A stretch of DNA of 64,000 nt, from the NCBI GenBank assembly GCA_045616625.1, contig JAZLHA010000012.1, positions 8,873-72,872 on the forward strand. Direction: 5' to 3'. Below the pieces are notes generated by a model. That model did not search any database, was not told the origin of the DNA, and saw only the letters and a program-made list of their open reading frames with translations. Below, piece by piece: positions 1 to 12,494 of the stretch. Both the position numbers and the translations under genes were made by a program. This DNA is from Candidatus Enterousia sp. (GTDB lineage: Bacteria > Pseudomonadota > Alphaproteobacteria > Rs-D84). The number at the start of each line of letters is the position of its first letter. The stretch's first letter is position 1.

Positions 1-390
1 TTTCACAACGATATCCTGAACGCCTAAGCATTCAAACACCGCACGCAACGCACCACCGGCAATAATACCAGTACCAGGAACAGCACTGCGCAAAACCATT
101 TTACTTGCACCATATTTAGAAGAAATATCGTGATGCAATGTGCGACCTTCTTTCAAAGGAACGCGAATCATTTTTGCCTTTGCAGCCTTGGTAGCCTTTT
201 GAACAGCTGCTTGAACTTCCAATGCTTTACCTTTACCAAAACCAACACGGCCTGCTTTGTCCCCAACGACGACCAACGCCGAGAAAGACATGTTACGACC
301 ACCTTTTACAGTCTTAGATACACGGTTGATAGATACTAATTTATCTACCAAATTATCTGTCTGCAATTTTTTATCATCAAAACGTGCCAT
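1..390 (-). CDS. rpsE: 30S ribosomal protein S5 (3' end runs off the window)
   Basis: Manual reverse translation from ATG at 390: [56 protein letters not shown]..., classic S5. It follows rplR in spc-operon order. Confidence 0.9.
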   Translation of the reverse strand, partial: MARFDDKKLQTDNLVDKLVSINRVSKTVKGGRNMSFSALVVVGDKAGRVGFGKGKALEVQAAVQKATKAAKAKMIRVPLKEGRTLHHDISSKYGASKMVLRSAVPGTGIIAGGALRAVFECLGVQDIVVK

Positions 391-412
391 TATAATACTC
401 CGTTATTTCCGC

Positions 413-769
413 TTAGATATTCACACCACCTGCACGAACTGCTTCGCACAGAGCTTTTACACGACCATGATAACGATAACCACCACGATCAAAATAGCAG
501 TTGTCTGCAATTTTTGCTTTAACAACACGTTCTGCGAACGCCTTGCCAACCAATTCTGCACCGGCGACATTCCACCCCTTACCGGCAAAGCCTTTTTCCT
601 TGGAAGATGCTGCACAAATAGTGTGTCCTTTTACATCGTCAATGGCTTGTATTTCAATATGACGACCGGAACGATATACTGACAAACGAATTTTGCCAGG
701 ATTTTTTCTTTTCAACGCACCACGATTTGCGGTTTTGCGTCTTTCATCTGTAGTCAAATGTTTTAACAT
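413..769 (-). CDS. rplR: 50S ribosomal protein L18
   Basis: 118-aa ORF with ...[18 protein letters not shown]...[24 protein letters not shown], and operon position. Confidence 0.95.
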   Translation of the reverse strand: MLKHLTTDERRKTANRGALKRKNPGKIRLSVYRSGRHIEIQAIDDVKGHTICAASSKEKGFAGKGWNVAGAELVGKAFAERVVKAKIADNCYFDRGGYRYHGRVKALCEAVRAGGVNI

Positions 770-818
770 TTTTTTTCCTTTTTTTATAGTCCCCGTAACA
801 GCGGAAACTTTTTAGTTA

Positions 819-1367
819 TTATTTCTTTTTACCTTCTTTGCGGTTGATATGTTCACCCTTATAGAATAAGCCTTTGCCTTTGTAAGGATCAACCTTGCGA
901 ATTTTATGTATCTTATCAGCAAACAAGCCAACCAAACATTTATCAATACCTTTGACTGTAAATTCTGTTGGTGCTGTCACTTCTACTGATAAACCTGCTG
1001 GGATTTCCATAACAACATCATGTGAAAAGCCAACATTCAATACCAATTTATTGCTACTAACGGATGCTTTATAACCAACACCATTCATGTACATGGCTTT
1101 TTCAAAACCTTTTGTTACACCTTCAACAGCACTGCGAACATTGCGGGTCATAGTTCCCCACATAGCGCGTGATGCTTTGTCAGTATCATCTTTTGGTGTT
1201 ACAACAACCTGGTTGTTTTCAATTTTAACATCAACCAATCCGGCATGTTTTGTATCCAAAGCAATTTTCAATTCACCCTTTGGACCTTTAACGACGATAG
1301 CATTATCAGTAATAACAGCCGATACACCATCTTTTAATTCAACTGGATATTTTCCTGCACGAGACAT
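819..1367 (-). CDS. rplF: 50S ribosomal protein L6
   Basis: 182-aa ORF MSRAGKYPVELKDGV...GYKASV...FSHDV..., and operon order. Confidence 0.95.
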   Translation of the reverse strand: MSRAGKYPVELKDGVSAVITDNAIVVKGPKGELKIALDTKHAGLVDVKIENNQVVVTPKDDTDKASRAMWGTMTRNVRSAVEGVTKGFEKAMYMNGVGYKASVSSNKLVLNVGFSHDVVMEIPAGLSVEVTAPTEFTVKGIDKCLVGLFADKIHKIRKVDPYKGKGLFYKGEHINRKEGKKK

Positions 1368-1386
1368 TTCTTCATCCTTATTTCTA

Positions 1387-1785
1387 TTATATAACCTTGC
1401 ACAATACTTCGCCGCCGATATTCAGCAAACGTGCCTTATGATCTGTCATAACGCCCTGGGGTGTTGAAACAATAGCAATACCCAAACCGTTTAACACTCT
1501 TGGCATTTTGGCACAACCTGAATAAACACGACGACCTGGCTTTGACACAACAGAAATCTCTTGGATTGCGCCGTTGCCGCCGACATATTTTAATTCAATA
1601 ACCAAATTAGCGCGATGTTCGTCAATTTGTTCTTTTTTGAAATCAGTAATAAAACCTTCGTCCTTTAAAACAGTCAAAACTGCTGCACGCAATTTGCTGT
1701 TTGGAACAGTTACAAATTCTTTACCGGCATTCTGACCATTACGAATACGGGTCAGCATATCTCCGATTGGGTGTGATAATGACAT
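1387..1785 (-). CDS. rpsH: 30S ribosomal protein S8
   Basis: 132-aa ORF MSLSHPIGDMLTRIRNGQ..., S8 signature. Confidence 0.95.
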   Translation of the reverse strand: MSLSHPIGDMLTRIRNGQNAGKEFVTVPNSKLRAAVLTVLKDEGFITDFKKEQIDEHRANLVIELKYVGGNGAIQEISVVSKPGRRVYSGCAKMPRVLNGLGIAIVSTPQGVMTDHKARLLNIGGEVLCKVI

Positions 1786-1861
1786 CTTTTTTACTCCTTA
1801 AGTTGCGAAATTATTTTCGCATTACCCCCAGTTGCATTGTCCACAACTGGTATTCTTGTTT

Positions 1862-2164
1862 TTACCAACTAGATTTACGTACGCCTGGCAACTTACCTTC
1901 GGATGCCATTGTACGCAACTGTTGACGACACAAACCGAACAGACGTGAATAACCACGTGCACGACCGGTCACAGAACAACGATTATGCAAACGTGTTGGG
2001 TTTGAATTACGTGGCAATTTTGCCAATTTCTTCATTGCATCCATACGTTCATCAGGTGTCGCATTCACAGACATTTTTGCCTTGATTGTTTCACGTTTTT
2101 TCGCATATTGTGCAACCAATTTTTCACGTTTGTGTTGTTTATTTATCAATGCTAATTTAGCCAT
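1862..2164 (-). CDS. rpsN: 30S ribosomal protein S14 (long form)
   Basis: 100-aa ORF ending ...[21 protein letters not shown]. Confidence 0.95.
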   Translation of the reverse strand: MAKLALINKQHKREKLVAQYAKKRETIKAKMSVNATPDERMDAMKKLAKLPRNSNPTRLHNRCSVTGRARGYSRLFGLCRQQLRTMASEGKLPGVRKSSW

Positions 2165-2181
2165 CTTATTTTTCCTCTATA

Positions 2182-2727
2182 TTATTTCAAAACTAATGGC
2201 AAGCCGATTTTGGTCAGCAATGCACGCGCTTCTTCGTCAGTTTTTGCTGTTGTTGCAATTACGATATCCATACCACGTATAGAATCAATTTTATCAACAG
2301 AAATTTCTGGGAATATCAAGTGTTCTTTGATACCAAACGCATAGTTTCCACGACCATCAAATTTAGATTTTGACAATCCACGGAAATCTTTTACACGTGG
2401 CAACGCAACGGTAATCAGTTTATCCAAGAAATCATACATTCTTTTACCGCGCAATGTTACCTTGGTTCCAATCGCTTGACCTTCACGCAAACGATATGTT
2501 GCGATTGATTTTCTTGCATGTGTTACAACAGGTTTCTGACCAGCAATAGCGGTTAAATCAACAACCGCAGCATCCAATTTCTTTTTATCCGATACAGCTT
2601 CGCCAACGCCCATATTCAAAACGATTTTGGACAACTTTGGCACAGCAAACATATTTTTGTAACCGAATTCTTTAACCAATTCAGGTACAATTTCTTTTTC
2701 ATAAATTTCACGCAATCTGCTTTGCAT
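2182..2727 (-). CDS. rplE: 50S ribosomal protein L5
   Basis: 181-aa [20 protein letters not shown]...[15 protein letters not shown]. Confidence 0.95.
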   Translation of the reverse strand: MQSRLREIYEKEIVPELVKEFGYKNMFAVPKLSKIVLNMGVGEAVSDKKKLDAAVVDLTAIAGQKPVVTHARKSIATYRLREGQAIGTKVTLRGKRMYDFLDKLITVALPRVKDFRGLSKSKFDGRGNYAFGIKEHLIFPEISVDKIDSIRGMDIVIATTAKTDEEARALLTKIGLPLVLK

Positions 2728-2773
2728 TTTTTTATTCCTTAACGTTTAGTTTCCGTAACAGCGGAAACAGGTT

Positions 2774-3082
2774 TTACAATTCGGCCCCAGATTTTTTGGA
2801 AACACGAACTTTTTTTCCTTTTTCCATTTTGTATCCTGCGCGTGTTGGTTTTTTTGTTTTTGGATCAACCAATGCAACATTTGATACATGGATAGGTGCC
2901 TCGCGGTCAACGATATGACCTGCTTGTTCCTGTGTTGGTTTTATGTGCCATTTGTGACGGTTAACACCTTCGACCACAACGCGGGATTCAGATACACGCG
3001 CTTCTAGCACTTTGCCTTTGACGCCCTTGTATTTTCCAGATATAACTACGACTTCGTCGCCTTTTTTAATTTTCATTTTCAA
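2774..3082 (-). CDS. rplX: 50S ribosomal protein L24
   Basis: 102-aa [28 protein letters not shown] (KOW motif). Confidence 0.93.
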   Translation of the reverse strand: MKMKIKKGDEVVVISGKYKGVKGKVLEARVSESRVVVEGVNRHKWHIKPTQEQAGHIVDREAPIHVSNVALVDPKTKKPTRAGYKMEKGKKVRVSKKSGAEL

Positions 3083-3100
3083 TCCTCTTTTGCGTTGACA

Positions 3101-3475
3101 TTACAATACTTCTGGTGCCAAAGACACAATCTTTTGAACATCATATTTGCGACGAACTTCACGCGCAATTGGTCCAAAGATACGTGTTCCGATTGGTTCA
3201 AAGTTATTTTTATTGATTAACACAACAGCATTATCGTCAAAACGGATAATAGAACCGTCTGGACGTTTTACTGGGAATTTTGTACGAACGATAATAGCGC
3301 GTTGTACAGTTCCTTTTTGAACCTTACCACGTGGTATGGCTTCTTTGATAGCAACAACAATTTTGTCGCCGACAGTTGCATAACGACGGTGTGAACCACC
3401 CAAAACCTTGATGCACATAGCTTTACGTGCACCACTGTTGTCTGCAACGGTCATAATTGTTTCATTTTGAATCAT
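3101..3475 (-). CDS. rplN: 50S ribosomal protein L14
   Basis: The ORF track extends to 3553, but the conserved N-terminus [18 protein letters not shown] starts at ATG 3475. Confidence 0.93.
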   Translation of the reverse strand: MIQNETIMTVADNSGARKAMCIKVLGGSHRRYATVGDKIVVAIKEAIPRGKVQKGTVQRAIIVRTKFPVKRPDGSIIRFDDNAVVLINKNNFEPIGTRIFGPIAREVRRKYDVQKIVSLAPEVL

Positions 3476-3574
3476 TTTTTTACCCTTTTCCTGCAAGCGG
3501 GGCAATCCCCCACCGCTTTGTTCATAGGTTCCGACTGTCTTACACGACCTCAAAGAACCTGTTTATTTTGTGAC

Positions 3575-3844
3575 TTATTCCGCCACTTCTACTGTACCGT
3601 CCTTGGATACACCAACGCGACCCTTTACAACCCAAGATTTTGTTTTGGATATTGGACGATGTTCTTCGATAGCCACGATATCGCCAACTTTATATTCGTT
3701 TGCTTCATCATGGGCCTTATATTTTTTGTTCTGCTTTACGAACTTACCATACAAAGGATGACGAAAACGACGTTCAACTTCTACGACGACGGTTTTGTCA
3801 TTTGCTGTACTTGTAACGGTTCCTTGCAGTATACGTCTTGGCAT
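3575..3844 (-). CDS. rpsQ: 30S ribosomal protein S17
   Basis: 89-aa [37 protein letters not shown]. Confidence 0.95.
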   Translation of the reverse strand: MPRRILQGTVTSTANDKTVVVEVERRFRHPLYGKFVKQNKKYKAHDEANEYKVGDIVAIEEHRPISKTKSWVVKGRVGVSKDGTVEVAE

Positions 3845-3926
3845 AACTATTTCCTTATATTTTTACCCGATTTCGGCATATGATACACTATTTTTTAGAA
3901 ATCTCAACCAAAATCAGCATTTTCTC

Positions 3927-4121
3927 TTATTTTTTATCTGCGTTCAGTTTTGTTTTCACACGTGCGATTTCACGACGAGTTTGACGCATAACATGTGTTT
4001 TAGGCATCTGACCCGCTGCAAGTTGAAAACGTTGATTCATTTGTTGTTTTTTCAAATCAACTAACTTACTTTGCAATGCTTCCTTGGTTAAAGCTTCTTT
4101 TTGTACTTTCTTTTCTGCCAT
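3927..4121 (-). CDS. rpmC: 50S ribosomal protein L29
   Basis: 64-aa ORF with ...LVDLKKQQMNQRFQLAAGQ, and operon order. Confidence 0.9.
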   Translation of the reverse strand: MAEKKVQKEALTKEALQSKLVDLKKQQMNQRFQLAAGQMPKTHVMRQTRREIARVKTKLNADKK

Positions 4122-4135
4122 CTTAATTCACCTTT

Positions 4136-4555
4136 TTAGTTGATTTTACGTTCAACGACTTTTGTTTTAACTGGCAATTTAGCAGCAGCCAAAGCAAATG
4201 CTTCGCATGCTACTTCTGGTTTAACACCGTCCACTTCAAACAAGATACGACCTGGTTTAACACGACAAACCCAGTATTCCACAGCACCCTTACCTTTACC
4301 CATACGAACCTGTGCAGGTTTTGTGGTAACAGGCACATCTGGGAATATACGAATCCACAATTTACCCTGACGTTTCATATGACGGGTAATTGCGCGACGT
4401 GCTGCTTCTATCTGACGTGCGGTTACACGTTCAGGACTCAATGCTTTCAATCCAAAAGAACCAAAAGCTAATTCGCTGCCGCCCTTGGCGACGCCGTGAA
4501 TACGGCCTTTGTGTTGTTTGCGAAATTTTGTTTTATTTGGCATTAACATGATCAA
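4136..4555 (-). CDS. rplP: 50S ribosomal protein L16
   Basis: 139-aa ORF ..[14 protein letters not shown]... The true start may be one of the internal Met codons 2-4 residues in. Confidence 0.95.
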   Translation of the reverse strand: MIMLMPNKTKFRKQHKGRIHGVAKGGSELAFGSFGLKALSPERVTARQIEAARRAITRHMKRQGKLWIRIFPDVPVTTKPAQVRMGKGKGAVEYWVCRVKPGRILFEVDGVKPEVACEAFALAAAKLPVKTKVVERKIN

Positions 4556-4564
4556 GACCCTCTA

Positions 4565-5266
4565 TTATTTACTTTTTCTTTCACTTGTTCCGGCATATTC
4601 TGTTGGACGTGCCATTTCAGATGCCAATTTTTCTTTGTTTACAACATCACCTGTGTAAATCCAAACTTTTACACCAACAACACCGTATGTCGTTTTTGCT
4701 TGAATTGCTGCATAATCAATATCTGCACGTAATGTATGCAATGGAATACGACCTTCACGGATTTGTTCGCTACGTGCAATTTCAGCACCATTCAAACGAC
4801 CAGAACACATAACTTTGATACCCTGGGCGCCAGCCTTTTGAGCATTTTGAACAGCTTTCTTCATTGCGCGTTTAAAAGAAACACGGCCTTCTATCTGTTG
4901 TGCAATACCCTGTGCAACTAATTGAGCATTCAAATCAGGACGACGAACTTCATAGATGTTCACAACAACCTGATCATTTTTGACCAACTTTTTAATATCG
5001 TTACGCAGTGTTTCAATATCAGCACCATTTTTTCCAATAATCATACCTGGACGAGATGTGTGAATTGTCACAACTACTTTTTTAGCAAAACGTTCAATAA
5101 CGACTTTTGCCAAACCTGCTTTTTTCAATTTCTTTTCAATGAATTTGCGAATTTTGATATCTTCAGCCAGCAAATTTGCATAGTCTTTCTTACCAGCAAT
5201 CCACCGAGAATCAGTAATCTTGTTGATAAATTCGCGTAATGAAATTGGTGATACTTTCTGTCCCAT
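4565..5266 (-). CDS. rpsC: 30S ribosomal protein S3
   Basis: 233-aa ORF MGQKVSPISLR...KH domain...GRLNGAEIARSE. Confidence 0.95.
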   Translation of the reverse strand: MGQKVSPISLREFINKITDSRWIAGKKDYANLLAEDIKIRKFIEKKLKKAGLAKVVIERFAKKVVVTIHTSRPGMIIGKNGADIETLRNDIKKLVKNDQVVVNIYEVRRPDLNAQLVAQGIAQQIEGRVSFKRAMKKAVQNAQKAGAQGIKVMCSGRLNGAEIARSEQIREGRIPLHTLRADIDYAAIQAKTTYGVVGVKVWIYTGDVVNKEKLASEMARPTEYAGTSERKSK

Positions 5267-5280
5267 TTTTATTACCCTCT

Positions 5281-5694
5281 TTATTTATCTTTTTTTGTTT
5301 CTTGTTTTACTGTCTTTTTAGCAGGTTTCGCCACAGCACCAGATTCCAAGACAATTGTCAAATTAGAAAATGGTTTCAAAATTGGGCGTGCACTGCCACG
5401 TGGACCAGCCATAATACGTTTCATTGTCAGTGCTTTGCCACACCAAATTTCTTTGACATACAGGCTTTCTACTGGCAATTTCTTGTTGTTTTCTGCATTT
5501 GCAACCGCAGACAACAAAGTCTTTAAGACTTCATCAGAAACGCGTTTCTTTGAAAATTTCAAAACATCAACCGCATGATCAACAGGCAAACCGCGAACCA
5601 TATCGCAAACCAAATTCAGTTTTTGATGGCTAACGCGAATCATTTTGTTGAATGCGCGTGCTTGATTTTCTTTAATACCATATCTTTCTGTCAT
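5281..5694 (-). CDS. rplV: 50S ribosomal protein L22
   Basis: 137-aa ORF with ..ARAFNKMIRVSHQKLNLVCDMVRG.. and a Lys-rich C-terminal tail. Confidence 0.93.
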   Translation of the reverse strand: MTERYGIKENQARAFNKMIRVSHQKLNLVCDMVRGLPVDHAVDVLKFSKKRVSDEVLKTLLSAVANAENNKKLPVESLYVKEIWCGKALTMKRIMAGPRGSARPILKPFSNLTIVLESGAVAKPAKKTVKQETKKDK

Positions 5695-5707
5695 AACTTA
5701 ATCCCCC

Positions 5708-6001
5708 TTATTTCTTACCTGCTGCTGCAGCCGCTTTTTTATTTGCTGCGTGACCTTTGAAGGTACGTGTTGGGGCAAATTCACCCAATTTATGACCAAT
5801 CATATCTTCTACGATTGATACAGGGATAAATTTGTTTCCATTATGAACTTCAAATGTTAAACCTACCATTGGTGGTACGATTGTACTACCACGGGACCAT
5901 GTTTTAATTGGTTTATGGTCATTTTTTTCCACCGCAACCGCTACCTTTTTCAAGATAGAAGGATGAATATAAGGACCTTTCCATACTGAACGAGACATCA
6001 T
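5708..6001 (-). CDS. rpsS: 30S ribosomal protein S19
   Basis: 97-aa [21 protein letters not shown]...HNGNKFIPV. Confidence 0.95.
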   Translation of the reverse strand: MMSRSVWKGPYIHPSILKKVAVAVEKNDHKPIKTWSRGSTIVPPMVGLTFEVHNGNKFIPVSIVEDMIGHKLGEFAPTRTFKGHAANKKAAAAAGKK

Positions 6002-6017
6002 TTACTCCGTTTATTTA

Positions 6018-6851
6018 TTATTTTTTCTTTGCCAAATGTCTGCTACGGATAATCATCTTTGCAGTACGTTTATTGCTACGGGTACGATATCCCTTGGCTG
6101 GAATACCTGTACGTGATACTGGTTCGTGGCCTTTTGAATGACCATTACCACCACCCATTGGGTGATCGTTCGGGTTCATTGCCATACCACGAACTGATGG
6201 GCGAACACCCAACCAGCGTGCACGACCGGCTTTACCCAAGTTGACATTACGTTGGTCTGGATTAGAAACACTACCAACAGTTGCCAAACAATCGGAATGA
6301 ACTTTGCGCAACTCACCGCTGTTCATTTTAATCTGAGCATAAACGCCGTCTTTACCCATCAACTGAGCATAGCAACCAGCACTGCGTGCCAACTGACCAC
6401 CAGCACCTGGTTTCAATTCAACGTTATGTACGATTGTACCGATTGGCATATTTTTCAATGGCATTGCATTACCTGGTTTAATATCTTCGTGTTGACCAGA
6501 TACGATAACATCACCAACTTTCAAATCACGTGGTGCCAAAATATAAGATTTTACGCCATCTTTATATTCAATCAATGCAATAAACGCAGTACGGTTTGGA
6601 TCGTATTCCAAACGAACAACTGTCGCAGGAACATCCATTTTCTTGCGTTTAAAGTCAATTAAACGATAACTACGTTTATGACCACCACCCTGATGCATAA
6701 CGGTGACATGACCAAAATTATTACGTCCACCTTTGGACTTTAAGCCAACAGTCAAAGACTTTTCAGGTGCACCAGCATATAAACCGCTACGATCGACCTG
6801 GGTCAGACCACGGTTTCCTGGTGTTGTTGGCTTATAATGTTTTAATGCCAT
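6018..6851 (-). CDS. rplB: 50S ribosomal protein L2
   Basis: 277-aa [18 protein letters not shown]...GGGHKR.YR.IDFKR...[11 protein letters not shown]. Confidence 0.97.
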   Translation of the reverse strand: MALKHYKPTTPGNRGLTQVDRSGLYAGAPEKSLTVGLKSKGGRNNFGHVTVMHQGGGHKRSYRLIDFKRKKMDVPATVVRLEYDPNRTAFIALIEYKDGVKSYILAPRDLKVGDVIVSGQHEDIKPGNAMPLKNMPIGTIVHNVELKPGAGGQLARSAGCYAQLMGKDGVYAQIKMNSGELRKVHSDCLATVGSVSNPDQRNVNLGKAGRARWLGVRPSVRGMAMNPNDHPMGGGNGHSKGHEPVSRTGIPAKGYRTRSNKRTAKMIIRSRHLAKKK

Positions 6852-6924
6852 TTTTTTCTTACCTTTGTTTATGCTTTGACACTAACATCTTTTTTTCAAG
6901 GTTCTCTGCCAAAGCGGTTCTTTT

Positions 6925-7257
6925 TTATTTTACTTCTGCGGACAAATCCAATTTTGCATCTGCCGGCAAAGATACATACGCTTTTTTAACCGTGCGCTGT
7001 GTTCCGGTGTTACGACCACGGAAAGTCTTCACTTTACCCTTGGTAACAACAATGTTGACCTTGGTTGGTTTAACATTGTAAATTGCTTGAACAGCCTTTG
7101 CAACATCAGTCTTGGTTGCTTTTGGTGCAACTTCAAACACGATGCCATTGCTTTCAGATAATTGTGCAGCCTTTTCGGAAATGATCGGGCGTACCAATAT
7201 ATCATATGCACCAGCTGTCGCAACGATTTTCTTTTCGGATACTTTCTTTTCTGCCAT
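6925..7257 (-). CDS. rplW: 50S ribosomal protein L23
   Basis: 110-aa ORF with ..YDILVRPIISEKA...VFEVAPKATKTDVAKAV. Confidence 0.93.
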   Translation of the reverse strand: MAEKKVSEKKIVATAGAYDILVRPIISEKAAQLSESNGIVFEVAPKATKTDVAKAVQAIYNVKPTKVNIVVTKGKVKTFRGRNTGTQRTVKKAYVSLPADAKLDLSAEVK

Positions 7258-7272
7258 TTTTCAAACCTTTTG

Positions 7273-7893
7273 TTACGCCAATCTGGCTTCTACTGATTTA
7301 ACTGCATCTGCGGTCAAAACCAATTTTTCATGTTTCAAAACATCTAAAACATTCAAACCGATTGTTGGCAAAGCATCAACATTTGCGATGTTTGCAGCAG
7401 ATTTCTTAAAGTTGTCATCTAATTCTGAGGCACCAACAAACAATGCAGATGTCAAATTCAATTTTTTCAATTGTTTTGCAAATGCGTTTGTTTTTGCTTC
7501 TTTTAATTTTTCAGAATCAATAACAATCAAATTACCATCTTGTAATTTAGAAGACAATGCCATCTTTAAGCCCAAAGAACGAATTTTCTTTGGCAAATCG
7601 ATTGCGTGATCACGAACAACTGGTCCATGAACAACACCACCGCCACGCATGTGAACATTGTATTTTTCACCCTGACGTGCATTACCTGTCTTTTTCTGTT
7701 TAAATGCTTTTTTACCACTGCCGGCCACATCAGAAACAGTTTTCACTGCATGTGTACCTGCGCGGGATTTTGCACGTTGCCATGTAACAACACGATGCAA
7801 AATATCTGCGCGTGGGGCAATTCCAAAAATAGAGTCCTGCAATTCAATTTTACCAACTGATTTGCCATCAAAATTTATAATATCTACTTGCAT
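7273..7893 (-). CDS. rplD: 50S ribosomal protein L4
   Basis: The ORF track extends to 7929 and overlaps rplC. The conserved start MQVDIINFDGKSVGKIEL is at ATG 7893. Confidence 0.92.
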   Translation of the reverse strand: MQVDIINFDGKSVGKIELQDSIFGIAPRADILHRVVTWQRAKSRAGTHAVKTVSDVAGSGKKAFKQKKTGNARQGEKYNVHMRGGGVVHGPVVRDHAIDLPKKIRSLGLKMALSSKLQDGNLIVIDSEKLKEAKTNAFAKQLKKLNLTSALFVGASELDDNFKKSAANIANVDALPTIGLNVLDVLKHEKLVLTADAVKSVEARLA

Positions 7894-7918
7894 TTTATTC
7901 ACCTTCTGTCGCCCTTTA

Positions 7919-8650
7919 TTATTCCGCAACAGTTTCTGTTTCGGTTGTTGCTACTGGTTCAGATTCAACTTCTTGTGCTTTTGCAGCAACTGTTGGAACT
8001 GGTAAATCTTTGTTTTCTTTTTTAACAGCATCTGTTACTAACACGAATGTGCCATTCGCACCAGGAACTGCACCTTCTACAAAGATTAAGTTTTCAACAT
8101 CATCTGTTCCAAATACTTTCAAATTTTGAACAGTGACGATTTCATTACCCATCTGACCGGACATCTTTTTGCCCTTCAGAACACGGCCAGGCCATTCACG
8201 CATACCTGTACCACCTAATGAACGGTGTGCTTTTAAAACACCGTGAGACGCTTCTTTACCGCCAAAATTATGACGTTTCATTGCACCCTGGAAGCCTTTA
8301 CCTTTGCTAGTCGCTTGGACATCAACAAATTGTCCGACAACGAAATGAGACGCGACCAACTGTGTTCCCGCTGGGATAACACAATCATCTGATACGCGGA
8401 ACTCTACAACCTTGCGATATGGTTTAATACCCGCCTTTTCTGCAGCAACCGCCTGTGGTTTTGCAACATGTTTTGCTTTTGCCTCGCACACCCCAAGTAT
8501 GTTCGCGACATAGCCATTTTTTTCTTGTGTTCTATTTCCAATAACTGCACAATCACCCACAGATAAAACTGTAACTGCATGTGCCACACCTGCATCATCA
8601 TACAGACGTGTCATTCCTATTTTTGTTGTTATAATTCCGCTACGTTTCAT
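7919..8650 (-). CDS. rplC: 50S ribosomal protein L3
   Basis: 243-aa ORF MKRSGIITTKIGMTRLYD...KGKGFQGAMKRHNFGG, with an acidic C-terminal extension. Confidence 0.95.
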   Translation of the reverse strand: MKRSGIITTKIGMTRLYDDAGVAHAVTVLSVGDCAVIGNRTQEKNGYVANILGVCEAKAKHVAKPQAVAAEKAGIKPYRKVVEFRVSDDCVIPAGTQLVASHFVVGQFVDVQATSKGKGFQGAMKRHNFGGKEASHGVLKAHRSLGGTGMREWPGRVLKGKKMSGQMGNEIVTVQNLKVFGTDDVENLIFVEGAVPGANGTFVLVTDAVKKENKDLPVPTVAAKAQEVESEPVATTETETVAE

Positions 8651-8709
8651 TTTTTTATGCCTTTTTTTATGTCAGAGGTTGATTAAAATCAACACTAACA
8701 ATTTTACCT

Positions 8710-9021
8710 TTACAATTTAATTTTTACATCTACACCAGACGCCAAGTCCAACTTCATCAAGGCATCAACTGTCTGAGGGGTTGGATTAACAATATCTACA
8801 ACCGCTTTATGATTGCGGATTTCGAACTGTTCACGTGATTTTTTATCAACGTGTGGAGAACGGTTAACCGTAAACTTTTTAATCAATGTCGGCAAGCGAA
8901 CAGGCCCAACGACATCTGCGCCAGTGCGTTTTGCTGTTTTAACAATTTCATCAACTGATTCAATCAAAACACGATGATCAAATGCTGTCAATTTAATACG
9001 AATCTTTGATGCTGGTACCAT
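8710..9021 (-). CDS. rpsJ: 30S ribosomal protein S10
   Basis: 103-aa ORF ..[21 protein letters not shown]...[14 protein letters not shown]. Confidence 0.96.
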   Translation of the reverse strand: MVPASKIRIKLTAFDHRVLIESVDEIVKTAKRTGADVVGPVRLPTLIKKFTVNRSPHVDKKSREQFEIRNHKAVVDIVNPTPQTVDALMKLDLASGVDVKIKL

Positions 9022-9103
9022 TTATTCGTTTCCCTTATTTTTGTTATTTCGTCAGAAATCGCTGATTCAAATTTCTTTGAACCAGCGATTTCGACAAATG
9101 TTG

Positions 9104-10291
9104 TTATTTAATAATCTTTGATACAACACCAGCGCCAACTGTGCGTCCGCCTTCACGGATAGCAAAGCGACGACCTTCGTTCATAGCAATAGGTGCAATC
9201 AATTGCACTGTGATACGAACGTTATCACCTGGCAGAACCATTTCTTTATCTGCAGGTAATGTAATTGTACCTGTTACGTCTGTTGTGCTGAAATAGAACT
9301 GTGGACGATAGTTAGAGAAGAATGCTGTATGACGGCCACCTTCTTCTTTCGTCAAGATATAAACTTCAGCTTCAAAGTCTGTGTGTGGTGTGATAGAACC
9401 AGGTTTGCAGATAATCTGACCACGTTCTACATCTTCTTTCTTTGTACCACGTAACAACAAACCAACATTATCACCGGCTTCACCTTGATCCAACAATTTG
9501 CGGAACATTTCAACACCAGTAACTGTTGTTTTTTGTGTTGGACGCAAGCCAACGATTTCACATTCTTCACCAATCTTAATAGTACCTGATTCAACACGAC
9601 CTGTGACCACTGTACCACGACCTGTGATAGAGAATACGTCTTCAATTGGCATCAAGAAAGGTTTATCAACTGGACGTTCTGGCATTGGGATGTATTCATC
9701 ACATGCTTTCAACAACGCATCAATTGCTTCCTTACCGAAACCATCATTTTTGCCTTCCAATGCGGAAATAGCAGAACCACGGATGATTGGAGCATTTTCA
9801 CCGTCAAAGTCATTAGCAGACAACAATTCACGGATTTCCATTTCAACCAATTCCAACAATTCAGCATCGTTTGCCAAATCACATTTGTTCAAGAAAACAA
9901 CGATCTTTGGAATACCAACCTGACGTGCCAACAAGATGTGTTCGCGTGTCTGAGGCATTGGACCATCAGTCGCAGCAACCACCAAAATAGCACCATCCAT
10001 CTGTGCAGCACCGGTAATCATGTTTTTAACATAGTCCGCGTGTCCTGGACAATCAACGTGTGCATAGTGACGATTTTCTGTTTCATATTCAACGTGTGAA
10101 GTATTAATCGTTATACCACGTGCCTTTTCTTCTGGGGCATTATCAATTTGATCAACACCTTTACCAGCGTCAATACCAACACCATAATAGTGTACGATAG
10201 CAGCTGTCAAAGTTGTTTTACCATGGTCAACGTGGCCAATTGTACCAATATTGACATGTGGCTTTGTTCTTACATATTTTTCTTTTGCCAT
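9104..10291 (-). CDS. tuf: Elongation factor Tu
   Basis: 395-aa [35 protein letters not shown]...DCPGHADY...NKCD. Confidence 0.98.
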   Translation of the reverse strand: MAKEKYVRTKPHVNIGTIGHVDHGKTTLTAAIVHYYGVGIDAGKGVDQIDNAPEEKARGITINTSHVEYETENRHYAHVDCPGHADYVKNMITGAAQMDGAILVVAATDGPMPQTREHILLARQVGIPKIVVFLNKCDLANDAELLELVEMEIRELLSANDFDGENAPIIRGSAISALEGKNDGFGKEAIDALLKACDEYIPMPERPVDKPFLMPIEDVFSITGRGTVVTGRVESGTIKIGEECEIVGLRPTQKTTVTGVEMFRKLLDQGEAGDNVGLLLRGTKKEDVERGQIICKPGSITPHTDFEAEVYILTKEEGGRHTAFFSNYRPQFYFSTTDVTGTITLPADKEMVLPGDNVRITVQLIAPIAMNEGRRFAIREGGRTVGAGVVSKIIK

Positions 10292-10388
10292 AGTTTTTTC
10301 TCCTTGGGCTTTGGCTTGTTAAATCGATTTCTAAAATCCGATTTTGCTTAATAATAAACCAGAAATTAGAAATCGCAAATTTTTTTTA

Positions 10389-12470
10389 TTATTTTGTTAG
10401 CTTTTTAATAACCTCATCTGCAACATTCTGTGGAACTTCGTCATAGTGAGACAATTCCATATACGGATTTGCACGTCCCTGTGACAAAGAACGCAAGGTC
10501 TTGACATATCCGAACAAATTGGCCAATGGAACAAATGCAGAAATCAACTGATTTCCAAATTGTGTTTCGATACCATTGATTTGGCCACGACGGCTGTTCA
10601 AGTCCCCAATAATGTCACCGACATATTCTTCCGGTGTATTGACCGAAAGTTTCATAATCGGTTCCAATAATTTTGGCGATGCTTTTTTCATGGCTTCACG
10701 GAAGCAAGCACGCGCCGCAATTTCAAAGCACAATACATTAGAGTCAACTTCGTGATATTTACCATCTACCAATGTTGCCTTGAAATCTACTGTTGGATAG
10801 CCAATCAAAACACCTGTCTGTTGTGCTATCTTTAAACCTTTTTCTACACCTGGGATGTATTCTTTTGGAATTGCACCACCAACAATCTTGTTTTCAAATT
10901 CATAGCCCTTGCCAGGTTCCAAAGGTTCAAATTCAATTTTCACCTGAGCGTACTGACCCGAACCACCAGATTGTTTTTTATGTGTGTATTCTTCGGTGAT
11001 AGGTTTACGGAATGTTTCACGGTATGCAATACGTGGTTCACCCACATTAACATCAACCTTAAATTCACGTAACAAACGATCAACCAAAATTTCCAAATGC
11101 AATTCACCAACACCCGCCAAAATAGTTTGACCAGATTCTTCGTCCACAGAAACACGGAAAGAAGGATCTTCTTTGGCCAATGCCTGCAAACCCAAAGACA
11201 TCTTTTCAATATCAGCCTTGGTTTTTGGTTCAACAGCAATACTAATAACAGGTTCTGGAACATGGATGTTTTCCAAAACGATTGGATTTGCTTCATCGCA
11301 AAGTGTATCACCAGTGATTGTTTCTTTCATACCAACCAAAGTGACGATATCACCAGCTGACGCTTCTTTGATTTCTTCACGATTGTTTGAATGCATCAAC
11401 AACATACGACCAACGCGTTCACGTTTATCGCGATTAGAGTTATAGATATAAGAACCAGAAACTAATTTACCGGAATAAATACGGATAAACATCAAGTTTC
11501 CAACGAATGGATCATTCGCAACCTTAAATGCCAACGCACTAAATGGTTCTTTATCGCTTGGATGACGTTCTGCAACAGTTTCACCATCCATTTTTGTTCC
11601 CTTAATAGCTGGAACATCTAATGGACTTGGCAAATAGTCAACAATCGCATCCAACAATGGTTGAACACCTTTGTTCTTAAATGCAGTTCCGCACAAAATT
11701 GGGTTAAAGTTCTGATTGATTGTTCCTTTACGAATCAATTTTTTAATGGTTGCAACATCTGGGGTTTTACCTTCCATGTACGCTTCCATAATTTCATCAT
11801 CCAAAGTCACAACTTCTTCAATCAATTTATTGTGTAATTCTTCGGCTTTATCTTTTAATTCTGCTGGGATTTCACCATAGATTGGATTAGAACCTTTTTC
11901 ATCTTCCCAAATAATAGAACGCATTTCAACAACATCAACAACACCTTTGAAATCTGCTTCTGCGCCGATTGGGAAATTAACGACCAATGGATTTGCCCCC
12001 AAACGTTCACGTATCATATCAACACAACGGAAGAAATTACCACCAACGCGGTCCATTTTATTAATAAAACAAATACGTGGAACATTATAACGATCTGCCT
12101 GACGCCATACGGTTTCTGTCTGTGGCTGAACACCAGATACAGATTCAAATACAGCAACAGCACCGTCCAAAACACGCAAAGAACGTTCTACTTCCATAGT
12201 AAAGTCCACGTGCCCCGGGGTATCAATCAAATTAATACGGTGATCACGCCAAAAGCATGTTGTTGCGGCCGATGTAATTGTAATACCACGTTCTTGTTCT
12301 TGTTCCATCCAGTCCATTGTTGCAGCGCCATCATGCACTTCACCAATTTTATAAGTTTTACCAGTATAGAACAAAATACGTTCAGATGTAGTTGTTTTAC
12401 CCGCGTCAATATGGGCCATAATGCCGATATTACGATACATATGTAAAGGTGCGGTTTTTCCGACTGACAT
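10389..12470 (-). CDS. fusA: Elongation factor G
   Basis: 693-aa ORF ..[26 protein letters not shown]...DTPGHVDF... Confidence 0.98.
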   Translation of the reverse strand: MSVGKTAPLHMYRNIGIMAHIDAGKTTTSERILFYTGKTYKIGEVHDGAATMDWMEQEQERGITITSAATTCFWRDHRINLIDTPGHVDFTMEVERSLRVLDGAVAVFESVSGVQPQTETVWRQADRYNVPRICFINKMDRVGGNFFRCVDMIRERLGANPLVVNFPIGAEADFKGVVDVVEMRSIIWEDEKGSNPIYGEIPAELKDKAEELHNKLIEEVVTLDDEIMEAYMEGKTPDVATIKKLIRKGTINQNFNPILCGTAFKNKGVQPLLDAIVDYLPSPLDVPAIKGTKMDGETVAERHPSDKEPFSALAFKVANDPFVGNLMFIRIYSGKLVSGSYIYNSNRDKRERVGRMLLMHSNNREEIKEASAGDIVTLVGMKETITGDTLCDEANPIVLENIHVPEPVISIAVEPKTKADIEKMSLGLQALAKEDPSFRVSVDEESGQTILAGVGELHLEILVDRLLREFKVDVNVGEPRIAYRETFRKPITEEYTHKKQSGGSGQYAQVKIEFEPLEPGKGYEFENKIVGGAIPKEYIPGVEKGLKIAQQTGVLIGYPTVDFKATLVDGKYHEVDSNVLCFEIAARACFREAMKKASPKLLEPIMKLSVNTPEEYVGDIIGDLNSRRGQINGIETQFGNQLISAFVPLANLFGYVKTLRSLSQGRANPYMELSHYDEVPQNVADEVIKKLTK

Positions 12471-12494
12471 TGTTTTTTCCTTCTTTTGTTTAGA

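Noticed and set aside
3476-3926. Unusually long spacers inside the S10/spc cluster (82 nt rpmC-rpsQ, 99 nt rpsQ-rplN). The second contains a GC-rich imperfect hairpin (about 3495-3518).
   Set aside because: The hairpin has a bulge and no T-tract on the gene strand. It probably marks the S10/spc operon junction (weak attenuator plus spc promoter). There is nothing I can support further.
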